Source: Blasia pusilla
Taxonomy: Eukaryota
DNA length: 64,000 bases
Reading direction: 5' to 3'
Assembly: GCA_050084515.1 (NCBI GenBank)
Contig: CM114271.1
Coordinates: forward strand, 11,656,001 to 11,720,000
The stretch's first letter is position 1, and each line of letters begins with the position of its first letter. Shown piece after piece: positions 1 to 12,500 of this stretch. The translations under genes and the position numbers were made by a program. The notes under the pieces are model-generated. The model did not search any database. It was not told where the DNA came from and was given only the letters and a program-made list of their open reading frames with translations.

Positions 1-711
1 ACACAAACACGTACGATCCCATGCTAACTCATGGCATCCAAACAATGAGACAAGAAGTACCAAAATATCTCCAATAAAATAAGGTCCAATCTCTCTCTCA
101 ACACCATAGTTCTCACATGTCTCTCTCAATGTCAAACCCAAACCACTCTCCTAATGAGAGGCTTGGGTTACACACACAAGGCAAGCAAGACCATAGCTCC
201 GCCGCCTCATGCCAAGAAGTTCAACAAAGAGAGAATGAGCTCTCAAACTCTCTCTCCTTGAGGTATACCCCTCTCCTCTCATCTCCCAAGCTCTCTCCAT
301 GAAAACATATGCTCCCAAGTCACCTCCTTGGCTCTTGACCTGATGTAGGAGGTCAAGGGCCACTTACCAAAAATAGAAATTCGATCATATACTCAAAACA
401 ATACTTGCCTAAAATAGTAAGTTCCTCAATATGGCTCCAAATGAGCTGAAACGAAGGGAAAACCTGCTCTCTCAAGTTTCCCGAGGCCTCAGTAGGTCAT
501 CCTCAACCTCTTGAGTCCGTCCTCCACTACTCACAAAGGCGCTCTACTAGATTTCACTGATCTATTCTAAAAGACGTGATAGTTATCATGCGCATATACA
601 TCGCTACACAACATACATAGCTGTCACCGAACACGCACACAAATACGCACGATCCCATGCTAACTCATGGCATCCAAAAAATGAGACAAGAAGTACCAAA
701 ATATCTCCAAT
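1..711. repeat. ~75-bp direct repeat (1-74 and 637-711) bracketing a dispersed repeat segment (about 100-580)
   Basis: CGATCCCATGCTAACTCATGGCATCCAAA...CAAAATATCTCCAAT occurs twice. The intervening sequence matches 13850-14205 plus 15487-15580. Confidence 0.8.
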
Positions 712-890
712 CGCCCCACTAGCTGGTGATTAGGTCCTTCTAACTCCAGATAACCATCTATCCCTACCTACCATGGCATACATCTCTCAGACGCTAAGAG
801 CAAGAAGGTCGGGTGCTCATGTGGCCCCATCGTTAGTCGCATTCTCGTAATCCATAACAAGTCAAAAGTCAAAATGTAGAACTACCTACT

Positions 891-1040
891 CTATGTACAT
901 GTGGGACACATCCATCATTCTTGAGGAACCCTAGTGAGAGGTGGCGTAAAGCATGCCATATGCCATCCTCTCGAACATCCATCACAGACTAGCACGGTGG
1001 TTGCACCACGGGAATAACCACATAACATACATCGCAAGCA
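891..1040 (-). pseudogene. PHD finger at the C-terminus of the gypsy integrase
   Basis: Manual translation CMLCGYSRGATTVLVCDGCSRGWHMACFTPPLTRVPQE*WMCPTCT gives a C4HC3 pattern, in frame after ORF 1056-1574. Confidence 0.9.
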
Positions 1041-1055
1041 TGTAGGAACTACTGC

Positions 1056-1820
1056 TTAGCTCGGATCAATTGTATCATCAATGTTTGGAAGGTGACACGG
1101 CGCATAATTACGCACATGGTCCTTCCAAACCATACAATCATGTCCCTCCAATAAGAGAATATCTGATGGAAAAACCTCACGCATTCTAAAAATGGTGCGC
1201 CCTGTAGTCATATCCAACGTTATGGGTGTCGTCTGTTGCAAGTAGACATAGTCTCCCTGATGAAACCTCCGGATAGTAGGTCCATAACCTCCCTCCCAAA
1301 TAGTCACATACCTCAATGTATCCCGGTGTTGCGCAATCGCCAAGTTCTCAAACGCCATGGGCATCACTCTCCAAAACAATTCAGCCCTCTGAGAATATGC
1401 TCGCATCCAAACATCAGGATCACCAAGGTTCAACACCTCACCAACATCTCGACAAATGGCCATAGGTAAATCAGGCTCTCGGCCATACAAAAGCAAGTAG
1501 GGTGAGAAAGACGCTAGGATGCCTGCCTGTTGAATCTGTATGCCATCACCAACCACGGCAACTGGAGGTCCCAATCTCCTATGTGACCTCTCTGCAAGCC
1601 ATACTTGCGTAGTCCTCTCTTCACCCTATGCACAACCCGCTCCGCTAGTCCATCCGCCTCAACATGATCTCGCAAAGTAGTGCGATGGTTGATCAGTGCC
1701 TGATCACATAAGGCTTGAAACTCCGGCGGAACTCTGTACCCTGGTCTATCAACACCTCAGCTGATGCGCCATAATGACTCAACACTCAATCTAGGAAGGC
1801 ATACGCTACTCCTAGATTTA
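1056..1820 (-). pseudogene. Gypsy integrase core and C-terminal region (N-terminus deleted)
   Basis: GVAYAFLD*VLSHYGASAEVLIDQGTEF followed by FSPYLLLYGREPDLP; joined directly to the end of RT near 1820. Confidence 0.85.
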
Positions 1821-1829
1821 TGCACCACG

Positions 1830-2700
1830 TGGAAGTCATACTCCCTCTACCTTCGTCTACTGCAAACCAAGGCCCCCTGGGTATATTGTATGACCTAGGT
1901 ACTCAATCTGGTTGTAGAAGAACTTGCCCTTGCTTGGATGTAGCTTCAGCCCATGTAACTACAATCGTCAAAATATCTCCTCTAGATGTCGCTCATGCTC
2001 CTAAACCGTGGCGCTAAAGACTATGATGTCATCAATATAACACCTAGCAAAATTCAGACGTGCCAATATCCTATCTATGATCCTCTAAAACTCAGCCGGG
2101 GCATTCTTTAACCCAAATGTTAAGAACCGTCACTGGTACAAGGAATCCTTCCCGTGGGGATAGATGCCCCAAAATGTTGTCTTCTGCCTATCCTCTAATC
2201 TGATAGGCAGTTGATAGTATCCAGCTCAAAGATCTAACCAATTGAAGACCTTCGCATGCCCAATAGCATCAAAGATCTCCTCCGGAGTGGGCATGGCATA
2301 CCTATCGGACTTCATCTGCCGATTGATAGGTCGGTAATCTCCACACATCTGCCTATCCGTCTAGTTGCCATGCACATCCTTCTTGGTGGGCATGACAATG
2401 GCAGATGCATACTCTCCATGCGACATATTCACTAGTCCTACGCCAACCAAGTCTTGGCTCCTACTCTGAATCATAGCCCTCTCCATGTCACTGTACCTGT
2501 AGGGTCGTCGGAAGATCGGCGTGTCACTCGACAACTAAATGTGGATCCCTGTACCCTTCAGCGTACCCAAATCATGCATACTAAATGAAAAACAACTCCT
2601 ATTACTCCTAAGGAACTGGTGTATCTGGCGCCGCTCTCCTCCTTTCAACTTAGGGCCCATATATGGATCCCAAGTCTCCATCATGACTACGATAGGACTA
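1830..2700 (-). pseudogene. Gypsy reverse transcriptase
   Basis: MCGDYRPIN, DRYAMP, KTTFWG, FGLKNAPAEF, CYIDDIIVF and IEYLGH motifs with in-frame stops. Confidence 0.9.
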
Positions 2701-2989
2701 TCTGGCGTGGGTATCGGTGGTTGCTATGGTGCAACCCCGTCTCAAACAATAGAACTCTCATCTCCATGTGCAGTATCCGGAACCACACTCGATGTTGTGG
2801 CTTTCATCTCCTGGCATACCTGCAAAACATCCCAAGAAGTCCAAGGGTGTCTCTCTCGATCACCCCTTGTGTGTAGATCTCCTCAAACTCGCCCCCAGCC
2901 ACTGCCTCAACTATCTCGGTAGGCATGGGGCTCACCAACACAACAGTTGTGATCTGTCGCATCCTCAAACGACGTTGCTCACCTACGCC

Positions 2990-3940
2990 TAAGCTGAAAA
3001 TCCATGTCAAGCAGTTTAGGTCCATCGCCTAACCCAAGCAATGATATCGTGATACCTCTGATAGTGACGGTACTACCGTCACTCCTGTGGGAAATCCCAT
3101 CGCTCGCTCTCGCTCATCGGCGTTGGGCTCCACCAATCTCTATACCTGGTCATCCCAAACCAAGCCAGGTCCGGCCTCCTTCAATGCATCGGAAGTGGGA
3201 AAACTCACAAATGTGGGAAAGGCTGCCCGTGGCATGCCAATCCTGTTGACCATAGTCAATAGCGGTCAATCATCATGCCTCACTGCGTGTGATCAACGAT
3301 CTGGATCTTGAATAGAATCCACCAACAAATCAGAGGGGCGCTCCACTCTAGCATACACCCTTTGCAAGACTTCATGTGGGACCAAGTTGGTCCACCACAG
3401 ATGCGGGCGATGTGCTCTAGACCCTACACTCGACGCATCCAAAAATACTGTTGGGTTGATCCATACGTGCACTTAATGTGCACTCGTCACCACGCGGGAT
3501 CTCAAATCGCCCAAAATTAGCACATTCTCCAGAATGTATGCTGGAGAACGAGACTGATGCTCCTGCAAGTGTCGCAAAATCCGCATCATCTCCCAAAACA
3601 ACCAAGACCAAAAGTCCGCTAATCCGCTACCCCATCCAACACTCGACTGGCCCTAACATGGCCAACGAGCAATGACCAAGTCTATGGTCCCTACCGGATC
3701 CAAGTCTTGCGCACCCACCAATGAAATGTCCCTCGATAGGGAACTCGGGTAACCCCGAATGGCGGACGCACACATCAAGTCGGGAAAATGGAGGCGTAAC
3801 TGCGCCACATGGTGAAGTGAAGCGCGCCTTGCAATATCATCAATCTCCACATATAGGTATTGTTGCACACGCACCCCAACCTGCAAAACAACAACTAACC
3901 CAATGTTGATCCCTCCAAAGAGATCCAACACCCGAATACC
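2990..3940 (-). pseudogene. DNMT3-like C5-cytosine DNA methyltransferase domain within gypsy pol
   Basis: Motif I RVLDLFGGI, II YLYVEID, IV DLVIARWPC(Q>stop)G, VI YILENV, VIII AHRPHLWWTNL, IX ERERAMGFP, X LG*AMD, all in canonical order. Confidence 0.9.
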
Positions 3941-4705
3941 CTTCTCTGGGATGCACCACACAATCGGGGTGGTGTCCAAAGGGATCATACCAGCACTCTT
4001 GCCTACCTGGGATTCCTCTGACCCGTCACACTCTAGTGCAAACATCTCGCTCCACACGGTCTGCACTCGTTCAGTGGCTAAGCGTCGAAGCTCCTTAGTC
4101 AAGCCCCAAGGCGCCACCTCTCCTCCACAGACTGATGCGGCTACCATTATACTCCTCTCCATAGAAATGTCAAGAACGTGAGTATCCTCTGCCTGGACAT
4201 GTCCCTCAATCAAATCACTAGGCCAAGTGATGGCATTGCTAAATGCTGCTAAGATCGCCATCTCTGTTGGCCGTCGCTCGATCACTACACTTGTGAATCG
4301 AACACGTACACAACTAAGGCGCCCATCACCTAATTGCCATCGTGGTCTGTAGGACACTTACTTGTCCCAGTAATCCAAGGAAAACCCCATCGGGTGTAAC
4401 ACTGCTCCACCAACCAAGACGTCGTAGGACTCTACATGAGTCACTATCGCCTTGGCTTGCACCACGGACTCATCTGTAGGATGTCCTAGACGAATCCTCA
4501 CCACAACCTCCTATCAGATGATATACTGTGTGGTACTCGCTCCACCCAAGGATGTCTATATCCAGAATGGACAACGTTCCACAAAGGCACTCGCCAAGCC
4601 CAATCCTCTGAATGATGCTTTCCCCAACATCATGGGTTGTGCTCGTGAATCCAACAAGACGCATTGCGGACTAAAAGCTCTATCTCCGGGACTCACCAAC
4701 TAGAA

Positions 4706-5235
4706 GGGGGATGGTATTCTGGCAGGAGAGAGGAATAGAGGAGAGTCTCTCTTAAAAAAAATGCACTAAAGGGAAAAAAACTGAAACTCTCTTCAAAAAA
4801 TATGAAGATTATGGATAATAAGCAAGTAATTTTTTTGGAGATTTCTTTTGAAGAGAGGAAACTTAGTGTAACCCGACGGGTTGCAATTTTTTGAATTTTA
4901 TTTTTTTTGGTTAAGGAAAATTTTTCATTTTTTTCCAAAACCAAAAAAAGAAAACATCAAAAAAAGTTGCAACTCGTTAGATTTTGACGGCGTGAAAAGG
5001 TTTAAAAATTGGAAAAAAAATCCTCTTTTTTTTCCACCACCAAATTTTTTTGGAAAAAATTTTCCTTTTTAACTTGTCGAAACTTTCCTCTCTCCAACAT
5101 GTAGGAAACTCACTTCAACCTGTCGGAAACTCTTTTCAACCTGTCTGAAACTCTCCTCAAACCAAAAGAGCCCTAGGTGTTGCCAATATCTTCCTCTCTC
5201 CTCTCTTCCTCTCTTCCTCTCCTCTTATCGCTCCT
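4706..5235. mobile_element. MITE / non-autonomous Mutator-like element inserted into the gypsy protease region
   Basis: Begins GGGGGATGGTATTCTGGCAGGAGAGAG and ends in the inverted CTCTTCCTCTCCTCTT..CTCCT motif (tip lost). Flanked by CCAACTAGAA (4696-4705) and CCAACTGGAA (5236-5245), which duplicate the gypsy F-Q-L codons, i.e. a 9-10 bp TSD. Confidence 0.8.
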
Positions 5236-8200
5236 CCAACTGGAAGACCTCTCCCGGGTTATCTAGCAACACAACACCAAGAGAAGCCATGGCATGCTCT
5301 ATCGTGGGTCTAGCGGGCATCTCCGCCAACCTAGCAGCCGCAGTCTACCTTGAATCTGACGTGGGCGGCTTGAGCATCCGCTCCAAGGGCTGGTCCATCA
5401 CCTCCTCTGCAATCACCTTGGAACGTGATGCAAGAACTCCAACTCCACACTCACATAACCTTGGCGGGCGTACCTCCCAACATCATAACATCGGAAGCAG
5501 AAAATAAAGGAGTGCGATACACAACGGTGGCCGCCCCCAACCGACACATGCCCCTCCTGAGCATCAGCAATAGGAGTCGTCGCACTTGTTTCTCCCATTC
5601 CCCTCCATGCCTGCACACCAATAACATCACCAACTCTCCGGGAACTCTGATCAGGACCCATCGATGGGGTCCTCATTGCCTCAGACAACGTGAAAGACTA
5701 AGGAAGCTTGGTCTGCTTCCTTGCTTCCCTTTGTTGTGGATCCAACTCTACGGCTGCTCCATGTGTCACAATTGCAGCGGCCTCCATCTGGGCAACCCTG
5801 CACATCCAACCAGGATCCTCCATATCTCTCGCTGCTCCATATGATGTCGATGCCACGGATCCGGCATCGGGTAACCTCAATGCCATAGCGGCAATCTGCT
5901 TCGGTAGCTGCTGTACCTGAGCAGCCATCCCAGCCTCACGCCCAATATATCCCTCAACGCTTCTAGGTGGTGGGACTCTACCTCCTCCATTGGCAACTCC
6001 ACCACCCTGTTGGGCAACTCCAACTCCTCGTCCCCCAACAGGACCACCAGGTGCATGATCTCTAGGCCAACCCGGACCGGCTACTTGCTCTGGTGCCCTC
6101 TCTGGCCCTTGGTCCGGACGTAACTCAGGGTGTAAACTAAAACACCTCGCGCGTGTGTAACCATACCTCTGACAATAATCACATTGATAACCTCATGGTG
6201 TAGCACCATCTCCTCCTCCATGCTGAGGCACACGTCCATGACCTTGACAAGTGCAATCATGTTGATGATGGACTCTACTACATGACGAACAAGTAATCGT
6301 TGGCGGTAGCTTTTGAGCCGTAGGTCTTTGTGGCTCGGCCTCCCGGTACCCTCCCTGAGCTTGTGGTGCCACAATCCACCTATCTCGGAGTCCACGTTGC
6401 TGCACTGGTGGTGCAGACAATCGTGATTGCTCTTGCCCAGAACCCATGGTGGCTACGCTCTCCTCTGCCATGTTGCACTCAATATTCTCGGCGGTCCTAA
6501 AAACATCTCTCAATGTAGGGGAGGTGTTCATAAGAAGCACCCCCCTCCCGCACGCGGGTCTGCAGGGTGTAGTCTAGCATCATGTACCATAACTGGATAG
6601 CTTGAGCCTCTATCACCCCCTGAGTGACGCTGATCAACCGGTGGAAGCGAGTGTAAGCCTCACGCAAACTCTCATCTGGGCACCTTTGGAAGTGGTGGAT
6701 ACTTTGCAACTTCTCCGTCCGTACCCCCTGGTAGCTCGCCCTCAACTCAGCGAAGAACTCAACCACAGGGTTGAACTTGGGACGAACTTGACTAGACGGT
6801 GCAACTGCTCTAGTGCGAGTGACCCCTCCTAAAGCCTCACTAGTGGAAGAGGAAGTAGCCTCTCTTGACTCTTCCTCCTCATCTGGGAACGGCTCCGTCC
6901 ATGACACATAGTGTGGGTCATAGTAGAGTTGCCATGCCTCAATCTCTTGGGCATATTTGTGGGAGAACTCATGATAACTGTCCATGGGCACCCCCCCTGT
7001 GAGTCACACCAACTCCTAAACTCTGCAATAAATTCATGTAGCTCTATAATGCCTACAGCACCCGCAAACCTATGCGGTCCTCTACCCCGGTCGTCCATCT
7101 CATATGCCCAACTGGTAGGACCACTCAATGTGTAAGGTGGATCACTAACACACTCCTCTACACGGTCCCCCTTGTCTGAAGACGAAATTGAAGGAGATCG
7201 AGGTGGTCACTCACGCGGAGACCCTCAAAACCTCGCACCACTCTGGGTAAACCCTCGAGAGCTACTCTCACGTCCACTACCTCATCCTCAAAATCCCGAA
7301 AGGACACCATGATGGCCCTTGTGCCCCTCTCACACGATCACTCTCAATCTTGCGAGTAATCCCTCAATCACTTAAACTAAACATGCGGCACTCAATCTAG
7401 ACTCTCTCACTAAGACGTGTGTTGTGCGGCAACAAGCAGCGTGGTGCATCAAATCAATTGATCTATCGTTTTATCGATAAACCATCCTCAACTCTAGACA
7501 TCTAACACAGGTCCATGTCCCCTAAACCCATACATCATCGATGCTCCTAGCATCAGCATGAAACCCAATATCCCAAATTACTTCCTAATACCCAGAAATC
7601 CCTCACACGTGTAGGGTAAGAGACCATAATGGGGAACCTGAAAATAATGTCGATGTTGCTCCTCGAAAATTGCAAATTTCGACCCCAACTCGGTCGTGGA
7701 GACAACTCCTCCAATCAGCAAGTCGTACTCCTCTTGTACGAACACTGTTCAAACCTCCTCGATGTGCGGCGCAGGTCCAGTGGTCCGGTGCAGCATTGGC
7801 GGCACAGAACGGCTACAAAGGGCACGACACTCGGGAATGGGATGCGGCACTCAGCGGCATACCCTCCTCAATCAGCAATTCACATGCTCTGCTCCTTAGT
7901 GAAGGAGCAGCTCTATGATCGAGATGGTGCGGTGGAGCCACGAGCGGCATGGCATGGCAATCAGCGACACGTTGCAGCTACGGGCGTCACGGCACGGTAC
8001 TCAATCGTTATCGAGCGGCTACCAATCACGACATAGCAACATGAAATGAAAACTCAAACACCATAACCCAAGGTCACATGCCATCATTGGTTGATGACAA
8101 ACCTGCGATGACGGTGGTGGCCAGACCAAAGTATGTGGTGGCGGTGCAAGTCAGAGAATAAATGGTGGTCGTGGAAGACCCTCCAGTCCGTAATGGCAAC

Positions 8201-9534
8201 CAAAGGGTGGAAAAAGGATGAACGCGGCTCTGAGCAACGCTAGGCGGCAGTAGCGGCCGATGGTGGAGGGGGCTGGTATTCTTGCAGGAGAGAGTAAGAG
8301 AGGAGAGGAAGAGAGGAAGAGATCGAGAGAGGAGAGTCTCTCTTAAAAAAAAAGGGCAGAATCTGCCTCCTCTCGTCAAAACTCTCCTACAAACATCCTT
8401 CCATCACTCTCTATGTGAGCCCAATTTTCTTCACATTGCCTGTCAAAGCCAACGCTACAATAAGCCAGACAGAGGGGTATTATTGTTGGAGGACCATCGG
8501 CAGATAATTTGACTCTTACTATGGTCTCAATAGACTCCTATGCCCTTCAAGGTTTAACTTCTCTGAAGATGTGCTTGACATTATGGATTGTTGACTCTTC
8601 TTGCAAAAGGCATTAAATATCCCATCCGATCAATACTCATCCATGAGGGGGTTTTCCACAACAGAACAAATCACTCATCACTGATGGTAGCTGAAGACTT
8701 TCATGACATCATTGGATGATGTTGGCTCATGAATGGGTGCATAAAGTATACCATGGACTGCTATGCGTTTGACAACTTGGTTTCACCATTCTCTCAGCCA
8801 CTAAGAAATGTATGCATCAAGAAGAAAATGTGATGAGATTGAGAAGACAATTGAACCAAAAGGTTGATAGTTGTTTGGAGTAAAGAGAACTGATGTACCC
8901 ATGTCCCTTCATTCAGACCCTAAATGTTGGAATCCGACAGGTTGCACCCCTTCCAACCCGTCGGAATACGATGGGTTGCACCCCTTGCAAGCAAGCACAC
9001 CACAACAAAAGAATGATCTTGATAAGTGATTTCATTCCGCCCTACACCCCATGAGAATCCGAAAGGTTGGGAATCCGACATGAGAATCCGACATGTAGTA
9101 GGAATCCAACACGTCTCTGAAATACCGTGTTAGAGAAGAATGGTGTGACGATAATGGGGGAACGAGGCAAAATTTTAAAATATTGTGACAAGTTGCAACC
9201 TGTCGAAATCTGACGAGTTGCAAAATAAACAGCCTCGAGTCAACACAATCAACACGAAAGAAAAACAATTCAGCAAAGGTTTACAAAAAGAGTGGGATCA
9301 CTCAAGCATCCAACCTGTCGGAATCCGACAGGTTTCCGGAAAGGGGTTAAAAATATTGTGACAAGTTGCAAGCCATCAAAATCCGACTAGCTGCAAAATA
9401 AACAGCCTCGAGTAGATAGATCAACACAATCGACAAGAACGAAAAACAATTCAGCAAAAGTTTACAAAAACCATCATGGTTCAAAAACTTGTCCTTTATT
9501 ACATCCGAGGGAAGCTCATAAATGTACATTTGAT

Positions 9535-12500
9535 CTAGTCTATGATTTCTTCAACCTCGTCATCTACAAATTTACTCTTAACTCTCCTAGGTTCGTGTAC
9601 AAAAGGAATATCTTGGGATACAAGTGGCTCCTCTGGCCGATTGTAGACGGGGATCGTAAATGTTGGGGAGTTCGAGAGCCTTATCCCTCCCCTTGGGTAC
9701 ACTATAACGGTCCCATGTAACATGATTTGAGTCCCAACACCTTCCTCGACAGTAAATCTTGTATCCTCTGCAAGGTGACACACATCCAGTATCAATATGT
9801 GCTCCGTCCTTGGAAAGCACTCAATCCCTACTCCAAAACGCTTCAGTGAAGTTGGGTCCAATAAATCTTTGAAATCACTTGTCATCCTCCGATAGCTCTT
9901 CTAGATTACTCTCGGCTTTGCCCTCCCGATTTTTGGACTAGTAGGCAGTGACGATGGTGTTACTATCAATGGTGGTTCTGGAACTGGAGCTGTTGGCTTT
10001 GGAGGAGAGTTGTATACTCCCACTAGCCTCTCGTAATTTGCCTTTGCCTATTTGCAAAGGTCAAAAAGTTCTAGCCTTCCCTCAAGGCAGAGAATGTTCC
10101 TACCATTATGCTAGGCGCCTCTGATACTCGCCCCTGATAGACCCACTAAGTCAAAGACCGAGTCACCTAGCCTTGAGCAGAGCTCGATGAGCATTTGCAT
10201 CAAGGCAGGTGACTTCTCCCTTCTTCCAAGTAAGGGGATCCCATCCTGCATGTAAATTCCCAGGGGGGAATTGTGAAGACTATCTAAGCTATACCTATCG
10301 GAGGATGGATCCACTGGATCCGGGATCTTGAACACCTGGAAGTTGTGATCGGGCCTTACAAAGCAGTAGACAAATAAATGGTCTATCTGTAAACAAGCAG
10401 GTGGAAAATAATGTCAGCAAAAAGAAAAAGCTAGTAGACCGGTGATCTACTCTTAATATAGTGACACAATGTGCAACCCGTCGGGATCCGACGGGTTGCT
10501 CATTTGGCTAGGCAAAGGCGCAACCTATCGGAGTCCGACAGGTTGCTTTTCAACCCGTCATACTAGTCCATAGTGATTACCAACCCGTCCAAACCCAAAT
10601 ACAAATCCAAATACCCGTCCAAGATGAGCAACCCGTCGGAAGCCCACAGGTTGCTATCGGAGTCCGATGGTTGGCTTACAACTGAATACGATTGTTTAGA
10701 TTTGAGAACTTCTAAATATGAGAGCAACCCGTTGCTTTCAGACGGGTTGCATCACTCCATAAACATGTGGAAAAGTAGTGCTACTTGCAACCCATCGGGT
10801 TCAGACGGGTTGCAGTCAATGGAGACTAGTTGGTGAATTTGCAACCCATCTCTTTTAGACGGATTGCAACACCGCAGACAGAAGCTATTGGGATCCGAAA
10901 GGTTACATGCAGAAATGCAACCCGTCACGTTGAATTTTTGTTCAAAATCAATTCGTTGAAAAAGAGGACTTACCTGGACTTGAGTCGTCGCCGATCTGAG
11001 TGGATACTCATTTTTAATGACCCATGATTGCGCCGTCCTCCACTTTAGCGACCTCTTCACGCACTGAAGGTTGAAGAGCTTGTCTTCTCTCCCTCCAGTG
11101 AGGACCAAGAAACAACCCCTGTCACTCAGATACGCGTTTGCAAAAGAAAACAACAACGCGATGTGGTCGTACGAAAGCGGGACATTATAGTCTGGGACAG
11201 TGGCAGACGGATTGTTGTCCCACAAGCAAAACCCAAAAGGAAAATCCGAAATGAGGAGGTCCACCACCATCTCCTTAAGAACCCCATGCACCGTCTAAGG
11301 GGCGTGGCCGTTTCGAAGGAATTTTCATCCCAGCACAGTCAATTTGTCGATGGCAGGTGTCGACTCCTCAGAACTGAAACTCTGCACTCATCGACAAGAT
11401 GAGCCAAGTGAGTAAGGATATTTGTCCTTGTGGTTGTTTCCCTATGCTTGCCCAAGTATGATGGAGTGTATTCCATATCCTTATCTCCTCCCTCAGACGA
11501 ACCAGGTGCCTCCCGCTTTTGCTTCTCCTGAGTCTATTGTCGGCTTGTTGGAGCATACTCATACTCCACAAGAGTTTTCTTGGACGAGGACATGGTCCGG
11601 ACGACCTTTGCCACCAACTCCAACCTTTGCCACCAACTCTATTGTCTCGAGGGCTTGCTCCTCCATATCTCAAATCATCAAGCTTCACGAAGTCGGAAAT
11701 GTCGTCCCTACCTACAACCACTGCATCATTCACCACGCATAGATTTTTTTCTATAATGTCCTCTGGGTCGTTGAAGTCCAACCAGATTGGAGAATTGATA
11801 ACCTCCCAGTCAAACATGCCATGTCCCATCTCCATGTCGTACATGGAGAATCCCTCTCCATCAGGCGGAGAAGCCCATAATTTGCAGGCTGCCGGTAATT
11901 TTTGCCAGGAACCTGCATTCATACAATTGATGAGGTACGTGTACACCATCCGCTAGGCAGCTCTTTGTCGAGATGACTCGGCCGCCTTGTCCTAAAGATC
12001 CAGCTTCTTCTTTGCAAAATCTCATTTTCTGGTGTCTATTTCCTCATCCAGGTATGCCTAAGGGAGGATGTGATTCTTGAACATCATCATGAATCCTGGG
12101 TTTTTCGTGAGCTAATCTCTAATGTCATCAAGCCATAGTTCAAAATCTTCTGCAGCCTCTAGGTTTGCTTCCTCTGGAACTGGCTCAATCTTCTTCAGCT
12201 CCGCTTGTAGACCCACAATCATGGAGTTCTTTAGAAGGCGCAACGCGTCCCAAAATGACCATTCCCGTAGCCTATGGGAGATGACTGGATCTGAAACTCC
12301 CAGAGGGTAGTGTGCCACTCGCTTTTGGGCCTCTGTGACCTCGAGACTAATTTTCATCAATCGGATTTGCCTAAAATCGGATATCCTAGATAGCGCAAAC
12401 ATGTGCACGCCGTTCAGAGACACTTTCTCTCCGATCCGACCTTGTGGATCTTCGTCTCTCTTCCGCTGGCGCTTGATTATTGCCTTGAGCTCCTTGTAAA

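Larger units (their letters stand above)
891..7150 (-). mobile_element. Decayed Ty3/gypsy-type retrotransposon: gag-PR-DNMT-RT-(RNaseH deleted)-IN-PHD; LTRs not identified
   Basis: gag-like FFAELRASYQG...FQRCPDESLREAYTRF (6497-6991), protease LLDS(R)AQ near 4650, RT KTTFWG / FGLKNAPAEF / YIDD (2028-2039), integrase HYGASAEVLIDQGTEF and FSPYLLLYGREP. RT precedes IN. Many stops and frameshifts. Confidence 0.9.

Noticed and set aside
7600-8267. 5' LTR and PBS of the DNMT gypsy element
   Set aside because: I found no matching repeat at the other end within the window, and the TGGT near 7627 is not a recognisable PBS.
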